Assembly: GCA_029838195.1 (NCBI GenBank)
Contig: JALGVJ010000006.1
Location: 32,001-96,000 of the forward strand
Length of the DNA stretch: 64,000 bases
DNA from: Promethearchaeota archaeon
GTDB lineage: Archaea; Asgardarchaeota; Lokiarchaeia; Sigyniarchaeales; SOKP01
Direction: 5' to 3'
The translations under genes and the position numbers were made by a program. Shown here piece after piece: positions 10,603 through 20,572 of the stretch (position 1 is its first letter; every line of letters starts with the position of its first letter). The notes below the pieces were generated by a model. That model saw only the letters and a program-made list of their open reading frames with translations. It did no database searches and was not told where the DNA came from.

Positions 10603-12072
10603 ATGAATCTAATTCTTAAAAATAAAGTAATCCTAATTTTTTATTCCATGACCACTATTTTTCTCTTGTTTTGGGCTATTTTTATTACATGGTTGATAAA
10701 AAAGGATGTGACTTGGAATCCCGTTCAATTTTTCATCGTGTTCGTTCCCTTGATTTTTTTAGCCTTTATTCCAAGTGTTTATTTAATTAAATTTGTCAAC
10801 AAATTGAGGAAGAATATTCACATCTCCTTTTCCATTTCAAAAAAATTTCTCGGTGCTTCCTTATTCATTGCTTTTTTAACGTGGTCTTTATCAATTTTTG
10901 CATTTACGATCTATTTTTTTCCCGCAGCCTCCATTAATTCTGAAGATAATGGTCCGTATCTGATTTGGAATGATGATCCTCGAACGACCATGGCTATTAC
11001 ATGGCTAACAGAAACACCAAAAACAACGAAATTAGATTACGGACCCTCGATTGAAGAGATGGTAGAATGGAATAATAACATTTTAACTCGAAAACATGTA
11101 GCGGAACTCAGGAATCTTCAACCGGGAACGTTTTATTATTATCGAATAGCAGATTTTCCTAATAAGCTATATAATTTCACAACGGCACCATCAGAACTTA
11201 CATCTCCTTTTAATTTCATTGCCTTAAGCGATACGCATGCTGCCTCCAGTTCGAGCAAGTTTGAAGCCATTTTAAACACCATGAACTCGTGGAAATATGA
11301 TTTTATCGTTCATGCGGGAGATGTAGCGGGCCAAGAAGGAGAAGACATTTCAGGATGGCAAGAGTTTTTTAGCATCATGGACCGACACGGTATTAATAAA
11401 CCTCTCATGATTGCTGCGGGAAATCATGAATATGGCGTGGATCTCTTCGGAAGAAATTTCAAGTATTATTTCTCTTATGATTATGTTGAATTATGGGGGC
11501 ATTATTATAGTTTTGATTATTTAAATGCTCACTTTGTAATGTTAGATGTTTTCCAAAATCAATTGGACTGGGGGGGCTTTCTTTTAGAGTCTCAAGAAGC
11601 TTGGCTCAAGAAAACGTTAGCAGAGAATCAAGATAAATGGCTCATCGTGGTCATGCACGCTCCTCTGTACAGTACGGGCGATTATAACATGAATAAAAAA
11701 TTAATTGCGCAATTGGCACCCATATTTTATCAATACCACGTGGATGTTGTTCTTTCCGGACACGACCATCATTACGAGGTTTTCTGGACTAATCGCTCGG
11801 AAGCGTGGGGCGGAACTTATTATTTCGTGATAGGTGGGGGTGGAGGCAGCCTCGATACTTCTATCATGAGGCGAGAAGAGAATCCGTGGAAAGAAAAATC
11901 TCATGAAGCCCCGATTTTGCCCTACCAATACGATTACGTCACGCTTAATGATCAAATTTACGGAGAGCTTGCCCACCATTTCCTTCACGTCGAAGTATAT
12001 CAGAACTTTTTACACATTCGGACAGTGCGACTCAATGGAACCATCATTCAGGAATTTGTAATTAGAAAATAA
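10603..12072 (+). CDS. Membrane-anchored purple acid phosphatase-like metallophosphoesterase (FN3-like + calcineurin-like domain)
   Basis: Three N-terminal TM segments; SDTH, HAGD, GNHE, MH, SGHDH metal motifs. Confidence 0.88.
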   Translation: MNLILKNKVILIFYSMTTIFLLFWAIFITWLIKKDVTWNPVQFFIVFVPLIFLAFIPSVYLIKFVNKLRKNIHISFSISKKFLGASLFIAFLTWSLSIFAFTIYFFPAASINSEDNGPYLIWNDDPRTTMAITWLTETPKTTKLDYGPSIEEMVEWNNNILTRKHVAELRNLQPGTFYYYRIADFPNKLYNFTTAPSELTSPFNFIALSDTHAASSSSKFEAILNTMNSWKYDFIVHAGDVAGQEGEDISGWQEFFSIMDRHGINKPLMIAAGNHEYGVDLFGRNFKYYFSYDYVELWGHYYSFDYLNAHFVMLDVFQNQLDWGGFLLESQEAWLKKTLAENQDKWLIVVMHAPLYSTGDYNMNKKLIAQLAPIFYQYHVDVVLSGHDHHYEVFWTNRSEAWGGTYYFVIGGGGGSLDTSIMRREENPWKEKSHEAPILPYQYDYVTLNDQIYGELAHHFLHVEVYQNFLHIRTVRLNGTIIQEFVIRK

Positions 12073-12191
12073 AAAAACCAGTCATTTTAGCTTGTTTCTT
12101 TTTTTTATTTCATGATCATGCTTAACGATAATAATAAATTGTATATCCTCTTTATTTTCACAATTCGAAAACAAAAAAGAGAATAATTCTC

Positions 12192-13061
12192 ATGATAAAG
12201 ATTGATTTTCATTGCCATTTATTCTCAGATTTAGACATAGAACAATTAAAATCGCGCGTTTTTAAAGATTTTAAGGGATATGGTTTTCATGACAGATTAA
12301 TGCAAAATTTAGAACACATTCCTTCTATAAACACCTATAACATGATTGAAAAGACATTATATCACGCTAAAAAAGCAGGACTTGATAAAATCGTGTTATT
12401 ACCCTTGAGCAAGAAAGAAAATGAACTAGTAAAGGAATGGTGCAGGGTTGAACCACGTGTTTTTATTCCCTTTTATAATCCTCCGGAAAAAGCTACTCCA
12501 AATGAAACTATAGAAGACATCTTGCTGGCTGATTTTCATGAAATTCAATTTAAAGGCTATAAAATCATGTTATCCTTTCGTGAAAAGAATTTGGATGATA
12601 AGATAATATACCCTGCATTGGAATTGGCTCAAGAGCAAGATCTCGTGGTCTTATTTCATGCGGGTTATCCTCCTCCCGGCACGTTTAAAAAAGTCTTGAG
12701 TCATGCAAATCCCATTCATCTCGAAAACATCATCCATTCCTTTCCAAAATTGAAAATCGTGATTGCGCATATGGGCTTTCCTTGGACGGACTTGACACTT
12801 GCTTTAGCGGTTCAATATCCAAACGTGCATGTGGATATTAGTAACATGACGTACATGATGCCCACTCACTTGAAACACTTGCTCCTTCAGGCGAAAGAAT
12901 TGATCGGCACGGATAAAATCTTATTCGGTTCAGATGGTTTCGTTCCTGAAATGTTGGAGCTGACCGTGAATTCTTTTAACAATATCAATGTTCTTTCCAA
13001 TGAGGAAAAAGAAAAAATCCTCGGAGGAAATGCAGCCAAGCTATTAAAACTCAAGGCATGA
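12192..13061 (+). CDS. Amidohydrolase family 2 protein
   Basis: IDFHCH, LFHAG, IAHMG, ILFGSD, KILGGNAAKLL. Confidence 0.88.
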   Translation: MIKIDFHCHLFSDLDIEQLKSRVFKDFKGYGFHDRLMQNLEHIPSINTYNMIEKTLYHAKKAGLDKIVLLPLSKKENELVKEWCRVEPRVFIPFYNPPEKATPNETIEDILLADFHEIQFKGYKIMLSFREKNLDDKIIYPALELAQEQDLVVLFHAGYPPPGTFKKVLSHANPIHLENIIHSFPKLKIVIAHMGFPWTDLTLALAVQYPNVHVDISNMTYMMPTHLKHLLLQAKELIGTDKILFGSDGFVPEMLELTVNSFNNINVLSNEEKEKILGGNAAKLLKLKA

Positions 13062-13133
13062 CCTAACAGAATCTTTTAAGTAAAATCAATTTAAAATCGT
13101 TTCATGCGAATATCATTAAAATTTGAAAAATTA

Positions 13134-13895
13134 CTACCACCATGCTAATAACTGAGCAATGTACCATACTTGTCCGTTAATGAGCGTCCAAGCGAGCATG
13201 GGCCCAAGGGAATTTCTCGTGTATTTAAAAATTATTCCTAAGATAAGAAAAATAGAACCCGTATAAACAGCATTAAAAATGCTCCCCGTGGTAAATACAT
13301 GAGCCATTCCAAAAAGGAGCGTGGTAATCATCAAACCATTAGAAAAGAGAGAATTTTTAGAGTGGTAGATCAAATCCGTTTCATAAATGAGCCAAGTAAA
13401 AAAGAACACTTCTAATGGGCCCCAGCAAAAAATTCCAAAAATTCCATAATAAATATTTAGGGGAAAGGGGGCAGAAATGCTTTGGCGGGTATCTGACATG
13501 AGGGTTCCCTGAAGCAAGTATCCGACAATAAAGAAAATCGTTGTTAAAAGTAAAGAAAATAATAGGGACTGGAGTAGAGCTTTTTTTTTAAAATTTACTC
13601 CGTAATAGAACGGGTCATTTTCATGGAAAATGGTAAAACATAAGGGTATTAGCCCTACTCCTACAAATTCAACGTACACCATTAAATATGGTTCATTATT
13701 TATTTTACTGGTTAATTTTTCAATATTGAATTCGAACAGGAGGAAAAAGGAAAGAAATACGAGTAAGGATCCGATGATAAAGAAGACCCAAGTAAAAATT
13801 ACCCGAAATTTAGGGTTTTCAATTATTCGATCCTTTTTATTTTCCTTCATCGCGAAACGGAATGAACTTGCCATTAAAAAGTATTTGGAGTCCAA
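13134..13895 (-). CDS. CPBP/CAAX-protease-like integral membrane protein (degenerate motifs)
   Basis: Multiple TM helices; GPLEVFF (cf. EExxFR) and LLFGMAH motifs; start may be the ATG of MKENKK. Confidence 0.6.
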   Translation of the reverse strand: MDSKYFLMASSFRFAMKENKKDRIIENPKFRVIFTWVFFIIGSLLVFLSFFLLFEFNIEKLTSKINNEPYLMVYVEFVGVGLIPLCFTIFHENDPFYYGVNFKKKALLQSLLFSLLLTTIFFIVGYLLQGTLMSDTRQSISAPFPLNIYYGIFGIFCWGPLEVFFFTWLIYETDLIYHSKNSLFSNGLMITTLLFGMAHVFTTGSIFNAVYTGSIFLILGIIFKYTRNSLGPMLAWTLINGQVWYIAQLLAWW

Positions 13896-14161
13896 TTCTT
13901 AGAAGAGAGGAATAACACCTCATTTTCAATTATTACCTTTTAGATTAAAATGAATACTATAAAGAATTGCAAACTTAATTGAATGCCACAAATTAAGAAA
14001 AACGGGAAAAAGAAGAGAAACTGAGTTATTTTTCAATTTAAATTAGGACTCATGAAATTAAAAAAAAGAAGTGATTAATAGATTAAAACCAAAAGATATA
14101 TTAAATAAGAAAAGTAGAGATTTCTCATCCCCTCGTAATTGAAACTGAACATCATAAGGCC

Positions 14162-14872
14162 ATGATCATGAAAATTCACTATTTACAACACGTTTTTTTT
14201 GAAGATTTAGCAAACATCAAAGAATGGGCACTTCAGAGAGATCATTCGATTTCAAGAACTTTTCTTCCAGTTAATGAGCCTTTTCCCACCCTCAAAAACT
14301 TCGAGTGGCTCATTATTATGGGAGGGAGCATGAATGTGAATGAAGAACAAGAGTTTCCGTGGCTCAAGAGGGAAAAAAAATTCATTAAAAAAGCAATTGA
14401 CGGTGAAAAAGTAGTGCTGGGAATTTGCTTGGGAGCCCAACTCATTGCTAATGTTTTAGGAGCAACTATTTATAAAAATAAACATACTGAAATAGGATGG
14501 TTTCCTATCACTTTAACGAAAGAAGCATTGCCACTAGTAAATGCTTCCATTTTCCGAGGGTTTCCCGAGAACTTTTTAACATTTCACTGGCATGAAGACA
14601 CGTTTTCCCTTCCTAACAATGCTAAACGATTGGCAAGGAGTGAAGCTTGTGAAAATCAAGCTTTTCAATTCAAAGATAAAGTAATCGGAGTACAATTTCA
14701 TTTAGAATCTTCACTTGCTTCCATTTCCCGCTTAATTAAAAATTGTCCCGAAGATCTTAGAGAAGGAAACTACATTCAAAAAGATAAAGACCTCTTGTTG
14801 AATCCCTCTAACGTGGCTCGACTAACACCTCTCATGGAACTTTTTCTAAATAATGTGGAACAACTATATTAA
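14162..14872 (+). CDS. Class I glutamine amidotransferase-like protein
   Basis: IIMGGSMN, LGICLGAQ (catalytic Cys), FHWHEDTF, QFHLE. Confidence 0.92.
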   Translation: MIMKIHYLQHVFFEDLANIKEWALQRDHSISRTFLPVNEPFPTLKNFEWLIIMGGSMNVNEEQEFPWLKREKKFIKKAIDGEKVVLGICLGAQLIANVLGATIYKNKHTEIGWFPITLTKEALPLVNASIFRGFPENFLTFHWHEDTFSLPNNAKRLARSEACENQAFQFKDKVIGVQFHLESSLASISRLIKNCPEDLREGNYIQKDKDLLLNPSNVARLTPLMELFLNNVEQLY

Positions 14873-15120
14873 TGATAGTGTATTTTCTTCGGTTCCTTTA
14901 TTTCCATATAGAGAAGGAAAAATAAATTTCATAATGCGAATAAGAAATAGACAAGGTGAAGGTTTCTTATATTTAATATTTCATGATCGAATGATCACCT
15001 TCTCAAACCTTTTAATATGAGTTTTTTTATATTCGTGCTCGTGTTTCTTTAAATTTATCGATTTCTGGAGTTTCTTATAATGGATAAAGTTTTAATAGGA
15101 ATTAGTCCCTTTGAATATTC

Positions 15121-15924
15121 ATGAAGTTTATAGATTTAAGCATTCCAATAATTAATCCCGAAGAAGCCGTGTTCGACCCTCCTCTCACGCAGCCTAAAAT
15201 CGAATATACTTCTCATGATGAGGGCGCCGAACAAATGGGATTTGTCTTTCCACGATTAAAACCCGAAAAACACTTGCCTGATGGAAAAGGTTGGGCAGTG
15301 GAAACAATAACCCTTGGAACACACTCGGGAACTCACATGGATGCGCCATGGCATTTTGCTCCCGTTCAAGATAAGGAAAAAGGAGAGAAAAAAGCCCTCA
15401 CTATCGATGAATTTCCATTAGAATGGGGAATAGGACCCCTAATCGTTTTGGATTGCACGGATTATGAAGAAGGATACGTGTTGACTTCGGAAGATGTGGA
15501 TTCCAAGTTGGAACAGATTGGACACGAGCTCCAAGAGGGAGATATTTTATGCGTTCACACCAATGCTCCAAAACATTATGGAACTAAAGATTACATTAAT
15601 TACGGCGTTGGAATGGGGAAGGAGGCCACGCTACACATCGTGCGGCAGGGAGTTCACGTGGTAGGAATAGATGCATGGAGTTGGGATGCACCTTTCTCTA
15701 TCACTGCCCAGAAGTGGAAGAAATCCCTTAAGGAAAAAAAGCCGGATACTTCTTTAATTTGGGAGGGACATTTTGCCGGGATCGAGCTCGGATATTTTCA
15801 AATGGAAAAAATGTACAATTTGGATAAAGTTCCTCCCGTTGGAGCTACAATATACTGTTTTCCCATAAAAATTGCGAGAGCCAGCGCAGGTTGGGTGAGA
15901 GCCGTTGCTACGATTCCGGAATAA
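15121..15924 (+). CDS. Cyclase / kynurenine formamidase-like metal hydrolase
   Basis: HSGTHMDAPWHF, VGIDAWSWD, QMEKM. Confidence 0.9.
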   Translation: MKFIDLSIPIINPEEAVFDPPLTQPKIEYTSHDEGAEQMGFVFPRLKPEKHLPDGKGWAVETITLGTHSGTHMDAPWHFAPVQDKEKGEKKALTIDEFPLEWGIGPLIVLDCTDYEEGYVLTSEDVDSKLEQIGHELQEGDILCVHTNAPKHYGTKDYINYGVGMGKEATLHIVRQGVHVVGIDAWSWDAPFSITAQKWKKSLKEKKPDTSLIWEGHFAGIELGYFQMEKMYNLDKVPPVGATIYCFPIKIARASAGWVRAVATIPE

Positions 15925-16102
15925 GCAGGGATTGTTGAGTAAAAACCTTCTTATCGATAATTTTTAATTTCTCTTTTTTTATTTCAATGAAAAGTTATTT
16001 TGTTGAAATTATTTTTAGAGAATACCAAACCATTTTCTATTTTTCTTTTGCCTATTTTTTAAAAAGAAGATTTAATTTTGTTGAACATTTTCTTTTCTTG
16101 CC

Positions 16103-17197
16103 ATGATAAAAAAAAATAAAATTGGAATCGTTTCTCATGAAAATTTCACTTACATGCATGCACCTCTTTATCCTCGTCCTTTATTTACTTCTCATGAAAA
16201 TCCTCTCAGGGTCAAATCGATTTTAGATTATTTTAACAGAATTGATTTATTTTCGAATGAACAAATTGTTAAACTTATTCCGCAACTAGTTACTAAAAAG
16301 ATTTTATATTTAACTCATTCAGCATATCACGTGAACTTGATAAGGAGATTATCTCGACAAGGAGGAGGATTATTAGGAGACGAGGTTTTCATCACGCACG
16401 ATACCTTTAAGCTGGCAAGGCTTGCAGCGGGAGGTGCTATTGAAGCCATGAAGAGCGTGATTCAAGGAGGAGTTAATCAATCTTTTGCCCTCGTGCGACC
16501 TCCTGGCCATCATGCAATGCGTGATAACGCTTCTGGATTGTGCATCTTTAATAATATCGTGGTTGCGATTAATTTTTTGAGAAATGAGCCGCAATTTAAG
16601 AAAAAAATTGCTATTATTGATATTGATAGCCATTTTGGGGATGGCATCGCTCAATTTTTCTATGAAGATCCTTCAATATTATATTTCTCCATTCATGAAC
16701 ATGATTTCATAGAAGGGGAAAAAGGTTTCATCACAGAATTAGGAGAAGGGGACGGACTTGGCACGAACATAAATGTTCCCGTTCCTCTTGGCCTCACGGA
16801 CTCCGATTTCTTGGATTGCTTGTCAATCTTACCTTCTATATTGAATCAATTTCAGCCCAAATTGATCGTGGTGGCATGCGGTTTCGATTTTCATTTTTCG
16901 GACCCCATTGGAAATGGTTTTTTGACGAGTTTATCCTATTATAATTTTGCCCGCCTTCTCATGGAGCTTGCCACGGAACTTTGTGAGGGAAAAATTTGTT
17001 TCATATTAGAAGGAGGATATAGCATCACAGCTTTACCATTTTGCGTCCATGCCATCATAAAGGCTATTTTAAATTCAGACTATAAGCGTCCTCCTTTTGA
17101 ATTTTTAGATTTCTCTCCATTTTCTAAAAAAGAAGAGATAACAAAAATAAATTCTATCTTAAAACAAAAACTAATGCAGTATTGGTCTCTGGACTAA
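16103..17197 (+). CDS. Histone deacetylase family (Zn-dependent deacetylase) protein
   Basis: RPPGHHA, GLCIFNN, DIDSHFGDG, GFDFHFSDP, LEGGY. Confidence 0.93.
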   Translation: MIKKNKIGIVSHENFTYMHAPLYPRPLFTSHENPLRVKSILDYFNRIDLFSNEQIVKLIPQLVTKKILYLTHSAYHVNLIRRLSRQGGGLLGDEVFITHDTFKLARLAAGGAIEAMKSVIQGGVNQSFALVRPPGHHAMRDNASGLCIFNNIVVAINFLRNEPQFKKKIAIIDIDSHFGDGIAQFFYEDPSILYFSIHEHDFIEGEKGFITELGEGDGLGTNINVPVPLGLTDSDFLDCLSILPSILNQFQPKLIVVACGFDFHFSDPIGNGFLTSLSYYNFARLLMELATELCEGKICFILEGGYSITALPFCVHAIIKAILNSDYKRPPFEFLDFSPFSKKEEITKINSILKQKLMQYWSLD

Positions 17198-17269
17198 CCA
17201 CGAAGATCTTTTCCCCTTGATTTATCCTTGAACCCGAGAAGTAGTAGAAATTCTGACAAGATGACGCCT

Positions 17270-17665
17270 TCACACGAAATTCGTGAATTTTTTAGCGTAT
17301 TCTTGAACGGTAAATAGGACATCCCTGGGGCCCACGGCGGGGTTCACGTAACAAATTAACGCTCCTGTACCTCCTACGGGAATGGGACAAATGATCACGT
17401 GTCCTTTTCCGGCAACATTTGTTCCGATTTTTCTTTCGGGCGTGTTTTCCACGATCATGTACTTGATCCCTTGAAGAGTAATGCTTCCGATACCCCTCTC
17501 CGATTTGATCAACTCGTTGATGCCTCCCTCTTTATGGAGATCTGCCGAAAGATCCCAATTTTCAGTTTGCGTGAGCATGGTTCCATCTTTCTTCACGAGG
17601 GCCACGCCATAAATATCGGGTTCTTGATTTAATAATTCATCAATAAGAGTTTCGAAAGTTGACAT
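17270..17665 (-). CDS. Asgard (Loki-type) profilin
   Basis: 131 aa; TQTENW, SITLQGIKYMIVENTPERKIGTN, GKGHVIICPIP, GPRD: segments characteristic of Lokiarchaeal profilins. Confidence 0.9.
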   Translation of the reverse strand: MSTFETLIDELLNQEPDIYGVALVKKDGTMLTQTENWDLSADLHKEGGINELIKSERGIGSITLQGIKYMIVENTPERKIGTNVAGKGHVIICPIPVGGTGALICYVNPAVGPRDVLFTVQEYAKKFTNFV

Positions 17666-17781
17666 TTTACAAAAAAATGTGTAAATAAATATTAGTTATT
17701 GTTATTATTAATATTAGTAATATAATGCTTTAATTTAAAAATATTGGAAAGACCATAAAAAAAATTCATTTGGTGAAATAA

Positions 17782-18327
17782 ATGGCTTTTAGACTATGGA
17801 GAAAAGCAATCCTCATGACCTTAAGAGAGAAGCGCATGTTCATCATTTTCACGCTCATTTATACCGCACTCATATTTTTAACGAGTTTCTTCATCCACAC
17901 GACCTTTTCTACTCAAGGAAATACATTGAGCACGTATTTTGTACTGATATTTTTTCTCGTGAGTCTGTTTCTATCCTTACTTTATGCATGGATAATCGTC
18001 GCTCGAAATAGACGGACGTGGGCAACATTAAAGTGCATTGGCTATACAAATAGGGATATTAATACTTTAGTTTCGGGAATCATCCTTTTTACCATGATTA
18101 TTGGTTTTTTCATCGTGGTGGAAGTATTATTTCATTATGCAGCGGTTTTTACCTATGCGCAATCCGTTGGATTACTCACTACCTTACCTTCGATTTTAAT
18201 CAATTTATTACCCGTTGTCTTGACATTCTTGATGTTTCTCGGTGTCCAGCTCATTGCTATATTATTAGCGAATAGAAAAATACTGAAAGTTCGCCCAATC
18301 ATTGCATTAAAAAAACCGGGTGAATAA
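17782..18327 (+). CDS. FtsX-like ABC permease (minimal, 4 TM)
   Basis: RNRRTWATLKCIG motif (cf. RxxEIGxLKAxG) and KVRPIIALK C-terminus. Confidence 0.8.
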   Translation: MAFRLWRKAILMTLREKRMFIIFTLIYTALIFLTSFFIHTTFSTQGNTLSTYFVLIFFLVSLFLSLLYAWIIVARNRRTWATLKCIGYTNRDINTLVSGIILFTMIIGFFIVVEVLFHYAAVFTYAQSVGLLTTLPSILINLLPVVLTFLMFLGVQLIAILLANRKILKVRPIIALKKPGE

Positions 18328-18345
18328 TAAAGAGGTGATTGAAAA

Positions 18346-19041
18346 ATGCCAATAGATAAAGATGTCATGATTGAAGCGATTAATGTGAATAAAGAATATC
18401 GCCGTGCGGGTGCTATTATCCGAGCACTTGCGGATATTAATCTGACCATCAAATCGGGAGAATTCGTCATGATTCAAGGACCCACCGGCTGCGGAAAATC
18501 AACTCTGCTAAATGTATTATCAGGATTAGATTATCCTGACTCGGGAAGGATAATTTTTGATGGAGAAAACATCGCACGTGCCACTGAGGATAGGTTAAGT
18601 AGAATTCGACGGCAAAAAGTAGGTTTTGTGTTTCAAGATTTCAATTTAATTAACACTTTAACTGCTATGGAAAATGTAGAAGCCTTATTATGGCCAACAG
18701 TACTGCGGTCTAAAGAAATAGAAGATAGAGCAATCGCTGCTCTTAGGGATGTCGATATGCTCCATCGAAAAGATCATTTTCCTTCACAGATGAGTGGAGG
18801 AGAAAAGCAGCGAGTTGCATTAGCCAGGGCTTTAGTTGGAAAACCCCGCGTGATTTTTGGAGATGAAATAACCGGAAATTTGGATCCTGAATCGGAAAAG
18901 CAAATCATGGAGTTATTGAAAAAAATTAACACGGATTATGAAACGACCATCATCGTAGTCACCCATCGTGAAACGGTCGCTAAATATGGCGATAGAGTCA
19001 TCCGCATGGATAAGGGTACTATCGTGTCGGGAGGAAAATAA
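18346..19041 (+). CDS. ABC transporter ATP-binding protein (LolD/MacB/FtsE family)
   Basis: GPTGCGKST, GFVFQDFNL, MSGGEKQRV, GDEITGNLD, VTH; GAGGTGA RBS upstream. Confidence 0.95.
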   Translation: MPIDKDVMIEAINVNKEYRRAGAIIRALADINLTIKSGEFVMIQGPTGCGKSTLLNVLSGLDYPDSGRIIFDGENIARATEDRLSRIRRQKVGFVFQDFNLINTLTAMENVEALLWPTVLRSKEIEDRAIAALRDVDMLHRKDHFPSQMSGGEKQRVALARALVGKPRVIFGDEITGNLDPESEKQIMELLKKINTDYETTIIVVTHRETVAKYGDRVIRMDKGTIVSGGK

Positions 19042-19278
19042 AGAAAAAATTGATTAAAAAATTTCATGTTCGATTTTTTCTATTCACTTTTTAACCAGTT
19101 CTCATTCCTTTTTTCTTATTTCTTTTTCGCCTTATTTTTTCTCTCAAAACATCTTTCTTTTTCAACCAGTTTTCTTTAGAAGTAAAGAAAGCAAGAATGA
19201 GGGAGGAAAACTTTTTTTTTTTGGGAAACCGTGTTAAAAAAAGAAAAATAGGAAAATAAATTAAAAATAAAGTTATCA

Positions 19279-20307
19279 TTAATCTTCCAAGGTGAGAAAG
19301 GTATAGAAAAAGATGGCGATGAAAATGGTTGCTAATGCCACCAAGCTCCATAAGCTAATGGCCTCCGAGACCTCGGGATTGAAAAGAAAAAAGTTCGATC
19401 CCATGAAAATCGCTGCTAAAATATAGCCAAAAACATGTCCTTTAAATTTCTTCATCCTGGCCTTTCCCGAGAAAAAATTCACGATAGACACGAGGACCAC
19501 TATAAAAAATCCCAGGTAATAAAAAAAATCCACCACCGCAAAATCCAATAGTGCTAAAATGAAAAGAAAGATAAAAAAGAGGAATTCAAAGATTTTAACG
19601 TGCATCATGCTTTTCGATTCTGATGGCGTTGCAAATAATTGTTCATACTCCGAGACCCCTCGATTTGCCAAGAGCACCAAGAAAGATCCGATTGCTAAGG
19701 CGGTACAGAGAGCATAGCTAAATGTATAGACATATTCCGTTAAAGGAATCCATACTGTATTCCATAAGAACAAGGGCAAGTCCAAATAATCAGGAATGAT
19801 GCATATCGTGCAAAAAATAGGCAAGAGTGAGAAGAGTACAATCGTAAATTTTGTTAAAAAAGAGGGCCCCGTGTCGTCCCACATTTCTTTCTTGAACGTA
19901 GTCAAGCGCCATGCTAATGAAGCAAAACTTAAAATGGATATCAACGGCGTGATAAGCGGAAACACGAAGATGAATAAAATGAAAAGAGCATTGATTCCAT
20001 AAAAAATCTTCAATCGTAAAGGAATGATTCCTACCGTTTTATCCATCGAATCGATCGTTTCAGCAAATCTATTTGCAAAAAGGATCAAAAAAAATAGCCA
20101 ACTCACGCTAAACACAAATGGGCACAAAACCCGTATGAGCCAAAAATCTAACACGGGATCATCGGAAAACCATAGAGTGAATCCTACAATATTAAAAATC
20201 AAAAAAATAATGATCGGAACCAAAATAATGGAAATGAGGATGACTAACCGGCTCAAAAGAACACCTTTTAATTGCCGGCCGCCTCCTTCCTTGATCGTGC
20301 TTGACAT
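19279..20307 (-). CDS. Multi-pass membrane protein, unknown function
   Basis: 342 aa with about 9-10 hydrophobic segments. Confidence 0.7.
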   Translation of the reverse strand: MSSTIKEGGGRQLKGVLLSRLVILISIILVPIIIFLIFNIVGFTLWFSDDPVLDFWLIRVLCPFVFSVSWLFFLILFANRFAETIDSMDKTVGIIPLRLKIFYGINALFILFIFVFPLITPLISILSFASLAWRLTTFKKEMWDDTGPSFLTKFTIVLFSLLPIFCTICIIPDYLDLPLFLWNTVWIPLTEYVYTFSYALCTALAIGSFLVLLANRGVSEYEQLFATPSESKSMMHVKIFEFLFFIFLFILALLDFAVVDFFYYLGFFIVVLVSIVNFFSGKARMKKFKGHVFGYILAAIFMGSNFFLFNPEVSEAISLWSLVALATIFIAIFFYTFLTLED

Positions 20308-20572
20308 GACATTTTTCCTCTTAATTATTTATTTTTTCTTAATAAACATAAAAAAATTGAGATTATTTAATCTTTAGCCCCCTTAAAAATTTTATTCAGT
20401 ATATTGAATGCTGATCTCCTAAAAATTCCCCGCTTCCTCCATTTTTTTTCTTTTTCATCTCCCCATCCTACATATTTATTACGTATTCTTAATTACTACT
20501 AACGAATTATTGCATTTTTAAAAATTTTTACTTAAAAATAAATGTAAACTAAAAAATTGAGGTTTTAAAACA

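Noticed and set aside
19091-19351. Short low-complexity ORFs here and at 23166-23348, 38954-39223, 52150-52401 and 53245-53451
   Set aside because: Derived from A/T tracts or overlapping real genes; no motifs
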